From Octopus sinensis (taxonomy: Eukaryota), in assembly GCF_006345805.1 (NCBI RefSeq), contig NC_042997.1, forward strand, positions 2,852,001 to 2,916,000: a stretch of DNA of 64,000 nt, given 5' to 3'. Positions 41,490 through 56,153 of the stretch are shown piece by piece. The notes below the pieces were generated by a model that saw only the letters and a list, made by a program, of their open reading frames with translations, was not told where the DNA came from and did no database searches. A program made the position numbers and the translations under genes. Within the stretch, counting starts at the first letter, position 1, and each line of letters starts with the position of its first letter.

Positions 41490-41700
41490 GTATGTATACA
41501 GAAATGTTACTACACATGGGCCGTTGGCGATATTCTTTCTTCTTTTTACACATTTCCCTATCTCCTTTCCGACGAAGAGCCGAAACGTTAAAAGCTCTCT
41601 CCTTTCACCGAGCATCAAAATAATATAATTCTTGTGCACGTCCTCAAGTTCGAATGATCTCTCTTCGTTATTTACTCGTGTTTTAAATTGTTTGTTCATT
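41490..41700 (+). mobile_element. Short element with hammerhead relic (stem II collapsed)
   Basis: CCGACGA-A-GAGC-C-GAAACGTTAAAAG at 41576-41597, then ccgagcatc...taat...gtcctc, as in 63760-63960 and 62540-62700. Confidence 0.55.
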
Positions 41701-41957
41701 GAATTTACTGTACGTATATATGTGTATGTGTGTGTGTTTGTGTGTGTGTGTTGTGTGTGTGCATACATACATGTATCTGAATAAGAGGAAGTTCATCAGT
41801 AAGTAGATAAAACCTATGTATTTAGCGCTTACAAAAAACTTTCATGGATTCATCATGAATAAGTTCTCATCGAAAATTAATACTCTCTATACATATTTTG
41901 CTTAGATTAAATATCCCCCCCCCCTTACTAAACACGCTTATCAGCACATACAGTCGA

Positions 41958-42434
41958 ATACATACATACATACATACATACATACATACATACATACATA
42001 CATACATACACACACACATACATACATGCATACATACATACACACACATACATACATACATACATACATACACACACACATACATACATACATACATACA
42101 TACACACACACATACATACATACATACATACATACATACATACATACATACATACACACATACATACATACATACATACATACATACATACATACACACA
42201 CACATACATACATACATACATACATACTACATACATACATACATACACACACACATACATACTACATACATACATATATACATACATACATACATACATA
42301 CATACATACACACACACATACGTACATACATACATACATACATACATACACACACACATACATACATGCATACATACATACACACACATACATACATACA
42401 TACATACATACATACATACATACATACACACACA

Positions 42435-42468
<34 letters not shown>

Positions 42469-42627
42469 CATACATACATACATACATACATACATACACA
42501 CACATACATACATACATACACACACATACATACATACATACATATATACATACATACATACATACATACACACCATACATACATACATACATACATACAC
42601 ACACACATACATACATACATACATACA

Positions 42628-42656
<29 letters not shown>
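41958..42656. repeat. ~700-bp (CATA)n tetranucleotide array with CA/TA variant units
   Basis: Direct inspection; source of the HTYI/MYVC ORFs. Confidence 0.98.
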
Positions 42657-42659
<3 letters not shown>

Positions 42660-43064
42660 GACACACAAATAGATTGGAAATAAAAAACAATCTCTCAAAT
42701 AAACACTTCCAAAACATAATTATTGAAAAAGTCAGCAAAACAAATTCAACTCCATTTTAACAGAAATAACTCATAAATATTTGAATGAAATGAATCTGCT
42801 GTAAAAAAAAAAATGATTTCATGAGTTCAAACCTAAATCGGACGAATGCGCTAAATCAATAGTTTATAACCGAATCTTGACTACCTCTTACTTAAAATGT
42901 GAATTCTCTGTATAATTCAATCCGTCTGTAATATACATACACACATACATAAACGCACACACGCATACATACATACATATATACATACATACATATATAC
43001 ATACATACATATATACATGCATACATACATACATACATACATATATATATATATACATACACAC

Positions 43065-43158
<94 letters not shown>

Positions 43159-43160
<2 letters not shown>

Positions 43161-44300
43161 AAAGTAGGGTAAATATACCCCTTGCTAAAAATCAAAGCGA
43201 CGACTTCAAAATCCACCGTAAGTTTTACGATAAATATATTCACGAGTAATGAAAAGAATATATTTTTTAAAACATATGCTTACCTCTGAATGGAATACAT
43301 AGGTAAGCAATACATACCATAATATCAATTTCATTTCATGCTTTACATGATAAATACGCTTTACAATCATCGGTTCGAAAAAGCATTTGACATCTATTTC
43401 TAAAATATTCATCACGTGCGCGTTTCTAACTTTAAACGTCCCTCTTCGTTTAAAAGTAAATATTGCAAACAATAGGAATTTAAATAAAGGGAAGTATTAT
43501 TACCGTTATAAACAGTAATAATGAGGTGGCTAGCAAGTTTCTACCTATACAAGTACAATATAATATAATTTAAGAAAAGTAGGGTAAATATACCCCTTGC
43601 TAAAATTCAAAGCGTCAGCTTCAAGAAACCACAATATATTTTACGATAAATATACACAGGAGCAAGGCAAAAATATATTTTTTTAAATATGCTTACCGCC
43701 GAATGGAATACAAAGATAGGCAAAATTTATGGTGGTCTTTTGTAGCTGTTGGTTTTATTCTTACCAAGGGGTATATTTACCCTACTCTTCTTAAATATAT
43801 TATATTTTACCTGTATAGGTAGAAACATGCTAGCCACCACATTATTACTATTTATAACGGTAATAATACATCACTTTCTTTAATTTATTTTATTGTTTAC
43901 GATGTTTTCTTTTAAACGAAGTCGGATGTTTAAAGTTGAAAACGCACACGAGTTGACGTAATACGTATTTTAGAAAAAGATGTCAAATACTGTTTCCAAC
44001 CGATGATTTCAAATCATGTCTATCATGCAAAGTCATGAAATCTATTGATATTGGAATATGTATTAGTTATATTTGTATTCTATACAGAGGTAAACCTATT
44101 TTGAAAAAAAATATTCATTGCATTGCTCGTGTGTTTATATATCGCAAAAGTTATGGTGGTTTTCTCAAACTGTCTTTGATTTTTAGCAAGGGGTATATTT
44201 ACAATACTTTTCTTTAATTATTTTATATTGCACCTAAATAAGTAGAAACTTGCTTGCCACCTCATTAGTACTGATTATAACGGTAATAATACTTCACTTT
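43159..44300. repeat. Fold-back array of a ~415-420-bp unit (1.4 units forward, then ~1.4 units reverse)
   Basis: agtagggtaaatataccccttgc at 43163 and 43578 (period 415). Its reverse complement aaggggtatattta is at 43766 and 44188 (period 422). Units are clearly diverged. Confidence 0.85.
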
Positions 44301-44409
44301 ATATATACATGTGTGTGTGTGTGTGTGTGTCGACGTGTATTTGCGTGTGCATATGCATAAATATATATGTATATATATATATGCATATATACAAGTATAT
44401 ATATGTGAG

Positions 44410-44502
<93 letters not shown>

Positions 44503-44516
44503 CATACATATATTCT

Positions 44517-44684
44517 TTTATTCCTTTACTTATTTCATTTATCTGACTGCGGCCATACTGGAGAACCACCTTTAGTCGACAAAATCCACTCACAAGCCCC
44601 GAGGTTATAGTAGAAGACACGCAGTGAGACTGAACCCTGTGGTTGGTAAGCAAGCTACTTACAACCCACCCACACCTGCGTCTG
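44517..44684 (-). mobile_element. SINE family 'B' with large internal deletion
   Basis: Tail (gactgcggccatactggag..ccacctttagtcga) joined to head (tatagtagaagacac..gactgaacc..ggtaagcaagctacttac). Confidence 0.75.
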
Positions 44685-44752
44685 TCTCTATATATATATA
44701 TACAAAATAAGAAAATGAAGGATCAGCGGCGACACCTACTGGGTCTGACTAC

Positions 44753-44795
44753 GCTACATTGACAAAGGGCAAATACCCTGAAACGCGTCTGTAGC
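44753..44795 (+). ncRNA. Minimal type I hammerhead ribozyme, U3-A8 core variant, apparently intact
   Basis: Stem I GCTACA/TGTAGC; core TTGACAA; stem II AGGG-caaata-CCCT; GAAA; palindromic stem III ACGCGT; GUC^ site after 44789. Confidence 0.75.
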
Positions 44796-45011
44796 TGTCT
44801 GACTGGCAGTGCGAAGCGACTGACCTCCCTTGTTCGAAGGTTATAATGGACACAGTTTGTGTGTCAAATAGCTAGCTTAAGGTGATGGCCTCATGGGGAT
44901 AATCAGCGACAGCTTTATCTATAAGACTGCCATATTAATATGGCGATAACAATTAATTTCCAGTAACGCTGCCGTAATCTCTTTTAGAGAGACTAGTAAT
45001 TTTAATATTTC

Positions 45012-45084
<73 letters not shown>

Positions 45085-45619
45085 TATATATTGTATTAGG
45101 ATAAATTGCCAAATAGTGGTTTTATCTCTAATATAATTTATATATATATACGGTGGTTGTCTATTCCTTATTCAGAGATTTTGCACCTTAGAACCATCAT
45201 GAGCTGTGATGTGGCTTTCCGAACTAGTCAATATTTTGAAAAGAGACTCTTATAGATTGCGTATCCGAGTTGGACAAGCAAGATTTGCAGTTATGTTCTG
45301 ATCTTCGTAGATCTTGAAATGTCTTTTGAAGCCTCGGTTAGAGCATGAGACCTTCTGGCATGCATTGCACTGAAAGTCGAGCACAGACATATATATATAC
45401 TCCTTTCTTATTGTTGCGCCCTTAGAAACTCGTCTCTCTGGTGAGGATCATATATATGACTCTAGTTATGCATATACAATCTTTTGGAGAAGCCTTCCCT
45501 GAGGGTCAGCGTAGAGAACTGGTGTTGGATTTTCTAGCAAGAATTCATTCATATGTAATTTCCAAATCGTATATCAGTCTGTGTGTCTGTGTGGATTGTA
45601 CCAATCTTATGTTAATGCG

Positions 45620-45990
45620 TTTAGAAAAAATACGGGACGCATTTCCGAGAGAGTAACCTATATTTTAGTACTATATGATCATTCTGGCGTTTGGATTTGT
45701 GGTAGAATTTAAATGTGTGATAAAAACGGTGGTGGCAAGTGCTTAGTGCCTCGTTATGTTTATTAAGCAGTGTTGGAGAGTTGGGCTTTAATATTAAGAG
45801 TCCCTCCTTCAGGCAAAGCTTGCAGATTGAGCGTTGACCTTGGTAGGGACGTCCTGATTCCAGTATGGACCATGATAGAGTATACGGCATATTTGCATAT
45901 GTAGGGTATATACAGAACATTTGCACAATACTCCTTAGGTAATACCAATAGCCTATAAATTTGCACTCTAACTCATAATCTCTGTTTAGT
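45620..45990 (-). mobile_element. PLE GIY-YIG C-terminal remnant
   Basis: ORF 45621-45926: PYTLSWSILESGRPYQGQRSICKLCLKEGLLILK...LLNKHNEALSTCHH, matching the W.I...A.PY...C.LC..E...I...LLNKRSE...CRH pattern of PLE endonuclease ends. Confidence 0.75.
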
Positions 45991-46639
45991 TTCTCACATA
46001 TGCAACCATCTGATTATATTCGTATGTATGTACACACACCCATGCGCGCGTATATATGTACGAGTGAGGGTATGCGTATATGCATGCATGTGAGTATATG
46101 TAAACATACGTACATATGCAAGGTATATATGCCTGCATATGCAGGGGCGATGATACATGCAGATGAGCGTATAAGTGACCGTGTATGAGTGCAAAGGCAT
46201 GCGAATAAGGATTGTATATGTAACTTATCTGATATATACATGTATATTCATCTTTACATATAGATTACTAAGCACTGAACTGCTATTTCCTTAATTCTTC
46301 ATATCTTTGCCCCACAATTAGACTCTACTACTACATATTGGTTATTCCTTTACCTCTTAACTCTCCCCCATCTCTGTATCTTTTACACTATTATACCTTC
46401 GTCTCACTATCCTCACTCATACTTGCAAATTATCTCCACTGACCCCTGACTGATTCATATCTTAATTTTTCTTTTTTTTCTTTTTTCTTTATTCCTTTTA
46501 CTCCTAGATTCAGGTTTTTTATTCTTTATTTTTAATTTTTCTATTATTTTGTTATTTTTACTAATCTTCTCTGTCCATTCTCTTTCATTTTTTCCTTCTC
46601 TCGTCTTTTTTTCATTCCTCTCTTCCTGTTATCAATTTA

Positions 46640-47120
46640 ACCTTGCTAATACACTCCCTATTTGTAAGTCATTTTAAATACAAACCTTTCACTCTGCAAC
46701 AAGGTATATAAATTACCTACTGGAAATGACCAAGCTTAAAAATCCGCTGGATCTCACTCACAAGGGAATCTAACATTGCTTATAAACTCTATATTTGGAA
46801 GGATTCATATTAAACAATCTATTTTGTATCACATCTAAACTAACTATGACATAATTTTACTCTCACACCGTCTCCGACGGAGGGATATTATTAATTAATA
46901 TCCTAGAAACAGCTGTAAGACATTCTATCTATAAATACTCTAATATCTATACAGCCTTGGTTATTATCTTATTACGGAAAAAACTCTTATATATACATGC
47001 TGACTTAGAACCAATGTTGAACCCTATATTCGCAATATTACCGAATCTGGAACTTGACTACGATCTGTCTATAGCACTTATTGAGCACTACCTGAAACCT
47101 TTGGGTCTCAATGACACCAT
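46640..47120 (+). mobile_element. PLE-type 3' end/pseudo-LTR carrying a hammerhead
   Basis: Contains the fold at 46870-46921; downstream ctatagcactta motif shared with the minus-strand element at 62690-63130; ends at (TA)n. Confidence 0.5.
46870..46921 (+). ncRNA. Type I hammerhead fold with mutated core
   Basis: Stem I GTCT/AGAC; core CCGACGG plus A; 8-bp stem II GGGATATT/AATATCCT; A-GAAA; palindromic stem III ACAGCTGT; GUA^. Confidence 0.65.
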
Positions 47121-47209
47121 TATATATTATATACACACACATATATATATATTTATATATACACACACACACACACACACATATCTATATATATCTATAT
47201 CTATATATC

Positions 47210-47243
<34 letters not shown>

Positions 47244-47285
47244 TATAAGTATGTATACACACATGCATACACACATATATATATT

Positions 47286-47320
<35 letters not shown>

Positions 47321-48030
47321 AAATAGGGAAAGTGATGGATAATTTTGCAGGTATGTAGAAAGATAAATAAATATACTTTTCTATTTATATTCACTTATGT
47401 ATCAAAATTTTCCACGCAAAACTCTTATAATATAGAACAGTATACAGTTATGTTTCTGTGATAAAAACATAGCTGAGTACGAAAAAATTTAAATGTACAA
47501 CGCATGTATAGTGTTAACATATTCATATCTTTTAAAAAATAGAATACTCTCTTTAAGAAGATGGTATACGCAATCAATTTGAATGCAATTCAGAAACCAA
47601 ATGTGGGAAATATATGAGTGGAACACATATTTAGTTTCATTTTCTCCTCAATGGAATATTTTCAAAACACACGTACATTTTTTTTCTTGAAATTTTCTTT
47701 CATATCTGTGTCATATCAGATAGCAAATTGCAAAATTAATATTGAATATAAAAAAAATGATATAAAAGAAATATCTTTACTAGCCTGCAACATTTTCCTA
47801 CCAGATTCAAGTTAGATAAATATGTTAAAATATTCTTTATAAATACTATTCTAAATTATATGAAAGCATTTTCCGAATATAGCCAGCGGTAAATAATTGA
47901 GAATGAAATGAAAAAATAAATAAATAAAATTCCCGGAAATTAATATACCTCTATCTGAGTATAAGATATGATATAAATCTACTTAAGCATAACCTAACCA
48001 TCACACACATACACATATAGATGGACACTT

Positions 48031-48086
<56 letters not shown>

Positions 48087-49000
48087 TCATATAGGCATAT
48101 GCGTATATGCATGTATATGGGGGAATATGAATATGTTTGATACATTAATGCCTCTACAGAGACACAAGTACACGCATAAATATTCATACATCCACACATA
48201 ACGGCAAATATTTAGAAGAATTTATCGTTTAGATAAGGGTTAGACTGCGAAGCGTGACCTTAGACAAACAAGCATACATACGGATATTAAGAAAATATAA
48301 CGTTTACTAGAAAACATCCTTGGTTAATTTTCTGTACAATTTACTATATGTGATGTTATATTTAATATGTTATTGAGATGAATGAAATCACAAACACAAG
48401 CAAAATACAGGCTGTTCTTAGCATTAAACATATACCATAATGAAAGTTATCCTATCTTGATGAGAACTGTAGTCATTTGATTTGTCTAAAAATATAATAA
48501 GATAAGGAAAGACTGAGTTAAGGTCACTGACCTATTTGCTTAGCAAGGGCGATTTCACACAAATAAAGAACTTTGCCCAAGAATGCATGAAGATGACGGT
48601 CACGAACAATTTACAACTGTTCCTAATAACATCATAATCTTATTACCTTTAACTGACAGTCTTCCACATTTCTTTTCCGAAGGGTTTTCTAACTAAATAT
48701 TCATATGCTACTATTTATAACGTTATTTGCTACGATTTCAACCATTAAGAAAAAAAGAAAAAACGAAAAAGAAATTATTCTACATTGTCTGAAGATTATA
48801 AATAAGTCTTATGCTATCGAAAACATGCGATACTCACTGGTAAGGATGAAGAATATGAAATGGATTGATGATTTCGAAAAATTTCTTTGCTCCAAAAGTA
48901 AACGTATATCATGTTTACAGGTGACGTAGATCCGTTTCTCACGAACAGCCTTCGACTTCTCTATCGAAAACATTTTAAACCCAATATTAACATGCTAACA

Positions 49001-49178
49001 TTTTGCGGCTGCCCTGCTTCAAGATCCAACGTTTCAATAAATAAACATCTTAGCTTATAGTAGAAGAATGCTTTGATAAATGAAGTGTATTTTGCGGCTG
49101 CCCTGCTTCAAGATCCAACGTTTCAATAAATAAACATCTTAGCCTATAGTAGAAGAATGCTTTGATAAATGAAGTGTA
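49001..49178 (+). repeat. 89-bp tandem duplication (2 copies, 1 mismatch)
   Basis: ttttgcggctgccctgcttcaag...atgaagtgtat at 49001 and 49090; ttagcTtatag vs ttagcCtatag. Confidence 0.95.
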
Positions 49179-49675
49179 TCGAAGGATGAACATTACACCT
49201 GAAGAGATGAGATCATACAGAAATGAAATTATGATCTAAATTCTATGGCTAGGCATCTGAATATTCAGGATATATTTACCGGAATATATTTCCACTGTGG
49301 GGTATATATAAAGCAAAGGAACAAGTATATGAAACTCATTATATTTCGTGTTTTCTCATGTTTGCAGATGTTTCATCACTTACTCCAAGATGCCTCTTTA
49401 AATTCACAGCGTTATATTACGCCGAGAAAATTTGTATAATATTATATGTATACATATATTTATATACATTTATACAATCTGTCTATCAAGCCTGACTGGT
49501 ATATATGACCTGGCTGTGAAATTAAGGATGTAACTCTGAGTAAATTATGAGCAACTATACCGATATGTAAATATTAGATTTTCTTTTTCTGCTCACATAT
49601 ACATCTCCCGGGAGATTTCGTTTACATATATACATACATACATACATGCATACCTGCCTACATACATACATAAAT

Positions 49676-49736
<61 letters not shown>

Positions 49737-49769
49737 TATTAATATATATATATATATATATATTAATAT

Positions 49770-49817
<48 letters not shown>

Positions 49818-49829
49818 ATATATATATAT

Positions 49830-49866
<37 letters not shown>

Positions 49867-50172
49867 GGAGTCGCAATGGCCCAGTAGTTAGGGCAGCGGA
49901 CTTGCAGTCATAGGATCGCGGTTTCGATTCTCAGACCGGGCGTTGTGAGTGTTTATGAGCGAAATACGTAAAGCTCCACGAGGCTCCGGCAGGGGATGGT
50001 GGCGAGCCCTGCTGTACACTTTCGCCACAACTTTCTCTCACGCTTTCTTCTGTTAGCCTGCTCGCTTAGCCAGCGGGGTGGCGTCATTTGAAGGGTAAAA
50101 AACAATGCGAAGCGCATTGTCACGAGCGATGTGTAACAACATCTGATAGCCTGGTCAGTCACAGTGATCACA

Positions 50173-50177
<5 letters not shown>
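49867..50177 (+). mobile_element. Well-preserved tRNA-derived SINE (family 'C') inserted in (TA)n
   Basis: tRNA-like head with A-box tggcccagtagtt and B-box ggtttcgattc, then ~240 bp unrelated body ending cagtcacagtgatcacagtga; (TA)n on both sides. Confidence 0.8.
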
Positions 50178-50263
<86 letters not shown>

Positions 50264-51292
50264 AAAATAAGTCCGAAAATAACAATTAAAACTTTTTGAG
50301 AGGTCGAAAAATAGGGAAAGAATGATTTCTAATAAAGATTTATCATATTCATAAAAGCAGCCAGAGCATATCATAAGAATATGAAAATGATAGTTGAAAA
50401 ATAGCATTATAGGTATAAATACACCATAAACAATTATATAAAAATGGACGAGAAAACGATGTTGCATCAAAATTAGATTTAATACAAAGTTGGACTCATT
50501 AATTACGTGCGTATCAAAGAACAATACAAATACGTAAGAGGAAATCATAATCATAGTAATTATAATTGATCTTATGCATTGTCATTGTTATCAGATTTGA
50601 GAATTTTGGGAAGGACATCAAAAAGTTTTAATAAAATAAAGTAAATAAAAATTAGATACAAGGAAGCAGAATAGAAAAAGGGTAATAGGGAAAAATCGGA
50701 TATTTACAAGCAACATGGAAAGAATATCGATGACGGACAAGACTGGCCTGTGTATTCATGAGAGTTACCTTACTCAAAAACTAGCCCGGGGTAGGGGAGA
50801 CAATCAGAAAAAAAGACTATTACAATCTTGCTCTTAGAAATGCCCGTTATAACTATCAACTTAAGTACAACAAATTTAACAATGAAATTTCCAATCATAT
50901 CAACAGATATATGGATAGGAATTTCAATTAACACACCACAAGTTCTAAGCACCATCATGAATTAGAATACCCTGTCACACAAATTAACTCTATGAAGTAT
51001 ATTTGTGAAGATAACTCCACCGTAAAAGGGGAAAAAATAACAACTATGGACCAAATAACCAGACATTTACAAACCAGATTTCCACCAATACATATATTTC
51101 TAAACAGATAAACAATTTTAATGTCACAGGCAGTCATTATGCGAAAAATATTAACATAGCAGGAAATAATAACACGAAACTAAGTGTTTTAACCAAAAAA
51201 TTTCTTATTTCTTCACATACTGTTAATTTCCCACACAACTATATAACCTAGTTTACTTGTATCCAGTATGTTCCTAATAATAATAATGTTGG

Positions 51293-51296
51293 TAAT

Positions 51297-51329
<33 letters not shown>

Positions 51330-51353
51330 AATAATAATAATAATAATAATAAT

Positions 51354-51397
<44 letters not shown>

Positions 51398-51402
51398 TAA
51401 TA
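51293..51402. repeat. (AAC)n(AAT)n trinucleotide tract
   Basis: Direct inspection. Confidence 0.95.
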
Positions 51403-51489
51403 AAAAGAATAGCAATGTTAGTAACGGTGTTAATACGAGAGGTAAAAAAAACCTATACCTTCTATTCGAATGGGTGACCCGTCTATAAA

Positions 51490-52275
51490 AACCAACATAC
51501 CACTAAGAAACACAATAATAACATATTTTGGATCATATTGCCTTTTCCTAAGCATTTGAAGTCTAATTTTATAAAGTATTTTCGTTCTGTTATAAAATCA
51601 AGTTTTAGTAAATTTAGGTATGATGGGATATTCAATAACAGAAAAATTAGGCTTGATTTTTCTGTTTCTCCTAACTTATTTGGGATTATTTCGTCCTTTA
51701 ATAATAAAAAAAAAACAAAAAATATTTACTGCAAAAAATGTTACCTCCTCTACTACTGTTACTAACCCCCAAATAGCTCTGTATCTTATATTAACGATTC
51801 CTATACTCACTGAAACACTTCCTCTCTCAACACACATATACATAACAATAGTACGTATAATATTAGTACCTGTGAGGTTAAAGGTAATTGTAAAATGAAA
51901 ACTGTTGTAAATAAAGCTACTATTACAACACATGATCTCTCTATGTTTCTTTATATAGGTTGCAAAAAGACTCCTCTTAAATTACATATGAATAATCATA
52001 GATCAGATTTTAATGATCCACGGAAAAGATTATAACTAGTTTATCTAAAAAGGTATGGCAACTTAAAAGAGACAACATAAATTTCTCAGTTTCTTGGAAT
52101 ATTGTTTCCTCTGCCTACTCTTATAGGATTAGAAATATAACGTGTCCTTTATGCCTTGAGGAGTCTTATATAATTATGAAAATGAACGTTTCTAACTTAA
52201 CTTCGAGAGATGAAAGACATTTCTCTCGTAAAGGTATGTCCAAATTTCTTTTCGTTAATCTTATATAGTCTTATT
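51490..52275 (+). mobile_element. PLE linker plus GIY-YIG endonuclease remnant (second PLE clade, probably Nematis-type)
   Basis: NIFWIILPFPKHLKSNFIKYF...IFNNRKIRLDFSVSPNLFGIISSFNNKK; CEVKGNCKMKTVVNKATITT...YIG (51952-51960)...NNHRSDFN; after a frameshift at 52035, TSLSKKVWQLK...SWNIVSSAYSY...CPLCLEESYII. The 50700-51130 segment may be the same element's upstream part. Confidence 0.85.
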
Positions 52276-52506
52276 GATTAAGGCTTTTTCGTTTTCCTAT
52301 TAGTTCTTATTGCACACTTAGGCTTTGTGTATGTACGTCTTTTCTCTGTGTTTGCATGTATGTACGTGTGCATTTGTAGGCATGTTTATGCGATTGAGCT
52401 CGTTTTTGATATGTACGTGTGTCTATATATGTATCTATATGAGTGTGTATAGAGATACATATGTATATTTAGGTGTGTGTATTTTGCGTACGTATGCTTA
52501 TTTATG

Positions 52507-52559
<53 letters not shown>

Positions 52560-53499
52560 GTGTATTCACATGTGGGTATTTATGCATGTGTGTACTTGTA
52601 TGTTTTTGTGTTTACGCATGAATGTATTTTATGTCTATCTACTTGTGTATATTCGATTATATGTAGGTGTCTATCTATGTATACTTCTTTTGTCTGTATA
52701 TGCATGTCTTTGCGTATTGATAAATAACATATGTATATGTCTGTGTATGTGTCTATATGTATATATACTTACATACGCTTATATGTATACGTACTTCTTT
52801 ATTTTAATTCATTAACTACTTGATACCTCCCTCACACTTACACCCCTGTATGTGTGAATGTATACAAAGTTTTTTGTGTGTATACGTGTGTATTGTGTGT
52901 GTGTATATATGTATATGTGTATGACTGCATATCCTTATGTGTTAAGTGTAAACATTTTTTCTATCACTTTATAATATTTTATAATATTTTTCTCCTTCAT
53001 ATATTCGTTTTTGTTACTTTTTTCCTGATTGCCTCCCCTATCCTGGGCTAGTTTTTGAGTAAGGTAGCTCTCTTGAGAACACCGGCCGGTCTTGTCTGTG
53101 ATCTATGTTTTTCCTCGTTAAGTTTTTTTTTTCGTTTTTATCTGCTTGTATGTACATTTTTACATAAATATTGTATTTTTTTCAAACAGCCTTGCCTATC
53201 ACTTTTAGCCTCGTGTAATATATATATATGTATATTTTTTTTCAACATTAATACGCATAAGTTTAACTCTCTATGATTTCTTTCTGTTAGTACACCTGTT
53301 ACGATATATTCTACTATATACACGTGGCCCTGTTTACAGTATACTTTATCTCGACCTATTACCATTTTTTAAAACATACTCGTTAAATTTTTATTTTTAT
53401 TTTTATTTTATATTTTACTTCACATATAGACGCGCATACACATTGGTATGTCTGTCTTTTCCTCTTTCGTGTCTCTCACTATTATTATTACTGTTATTT

Positions 53500-53679
53500 T
53501 TCCCTTTTACAACTCGTGGGGTGTGAATTATTGAGGTGCGACTAACCCGCACCTAAATAATTCTCAAGGATGAAAAGCAAAGTCAACCTCGGCGGAATTT
53601 GATCTCAGAACGTAACGGCAAACGAAATATCGCTAAGCATTTCGCCCGGTGTGCTAATGTTTCTGCCAGCTCGCCGCCT
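53500..53679 (-). mobile_element. SINE (family 'A')
   Basis: ggatgaaaagcaaagtcaacctcggcggaatttgatctcagaacg...gctaagcatttcgcccggtgtgctaatgtttctgccagctcgccgcct. Confidence 0.8.
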
Positions 53680-53999
53680 TTGTTACCTATTTAATTAAAG
53701 ACATACCAACGTACAACAAGAGTTTCCTATTCTTATTATATCTATTTTCTTCTCTTATATAACCTAAACTCCGGGTTACCAAACGAACCACTTGCTGCCG
53801 TACAACCTTACAAAAGACTGTACTACAAGCCTGGGGCGGCTCTGGATTTAATTATCACGCCGACGCCGATTGTTAAGCATTGCTGGAGGGATAAAGACAG
53901 ACAGAAGGATATAAAATTTAAATATACACAAACACACATACACTTTCATGCGTATAGATGTGGGCGGAAATATTATGTACAATGTACCATATATATGTA

Positions 54000-56153
<2,154 letters not shown>

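Noticed and set aside
45630-45680. Minus-strand GAAATGCGTC just after the PLE ORF as a hammerhead
   Set aside because: Position is suggestive but the upstream core is unrecognisable.
49199-49230. CTGAAGA...GAAA motif
   Set aside because: No stem III, cleavage triplet or stem I pairing.
49867-49945. tRNA-like sequence with A and B boxes
   Set aside because: No complete cloverleaf or acceptor stem could be built, and it continues into a SINE body flanked by (TA)n; treated as a SINE head.
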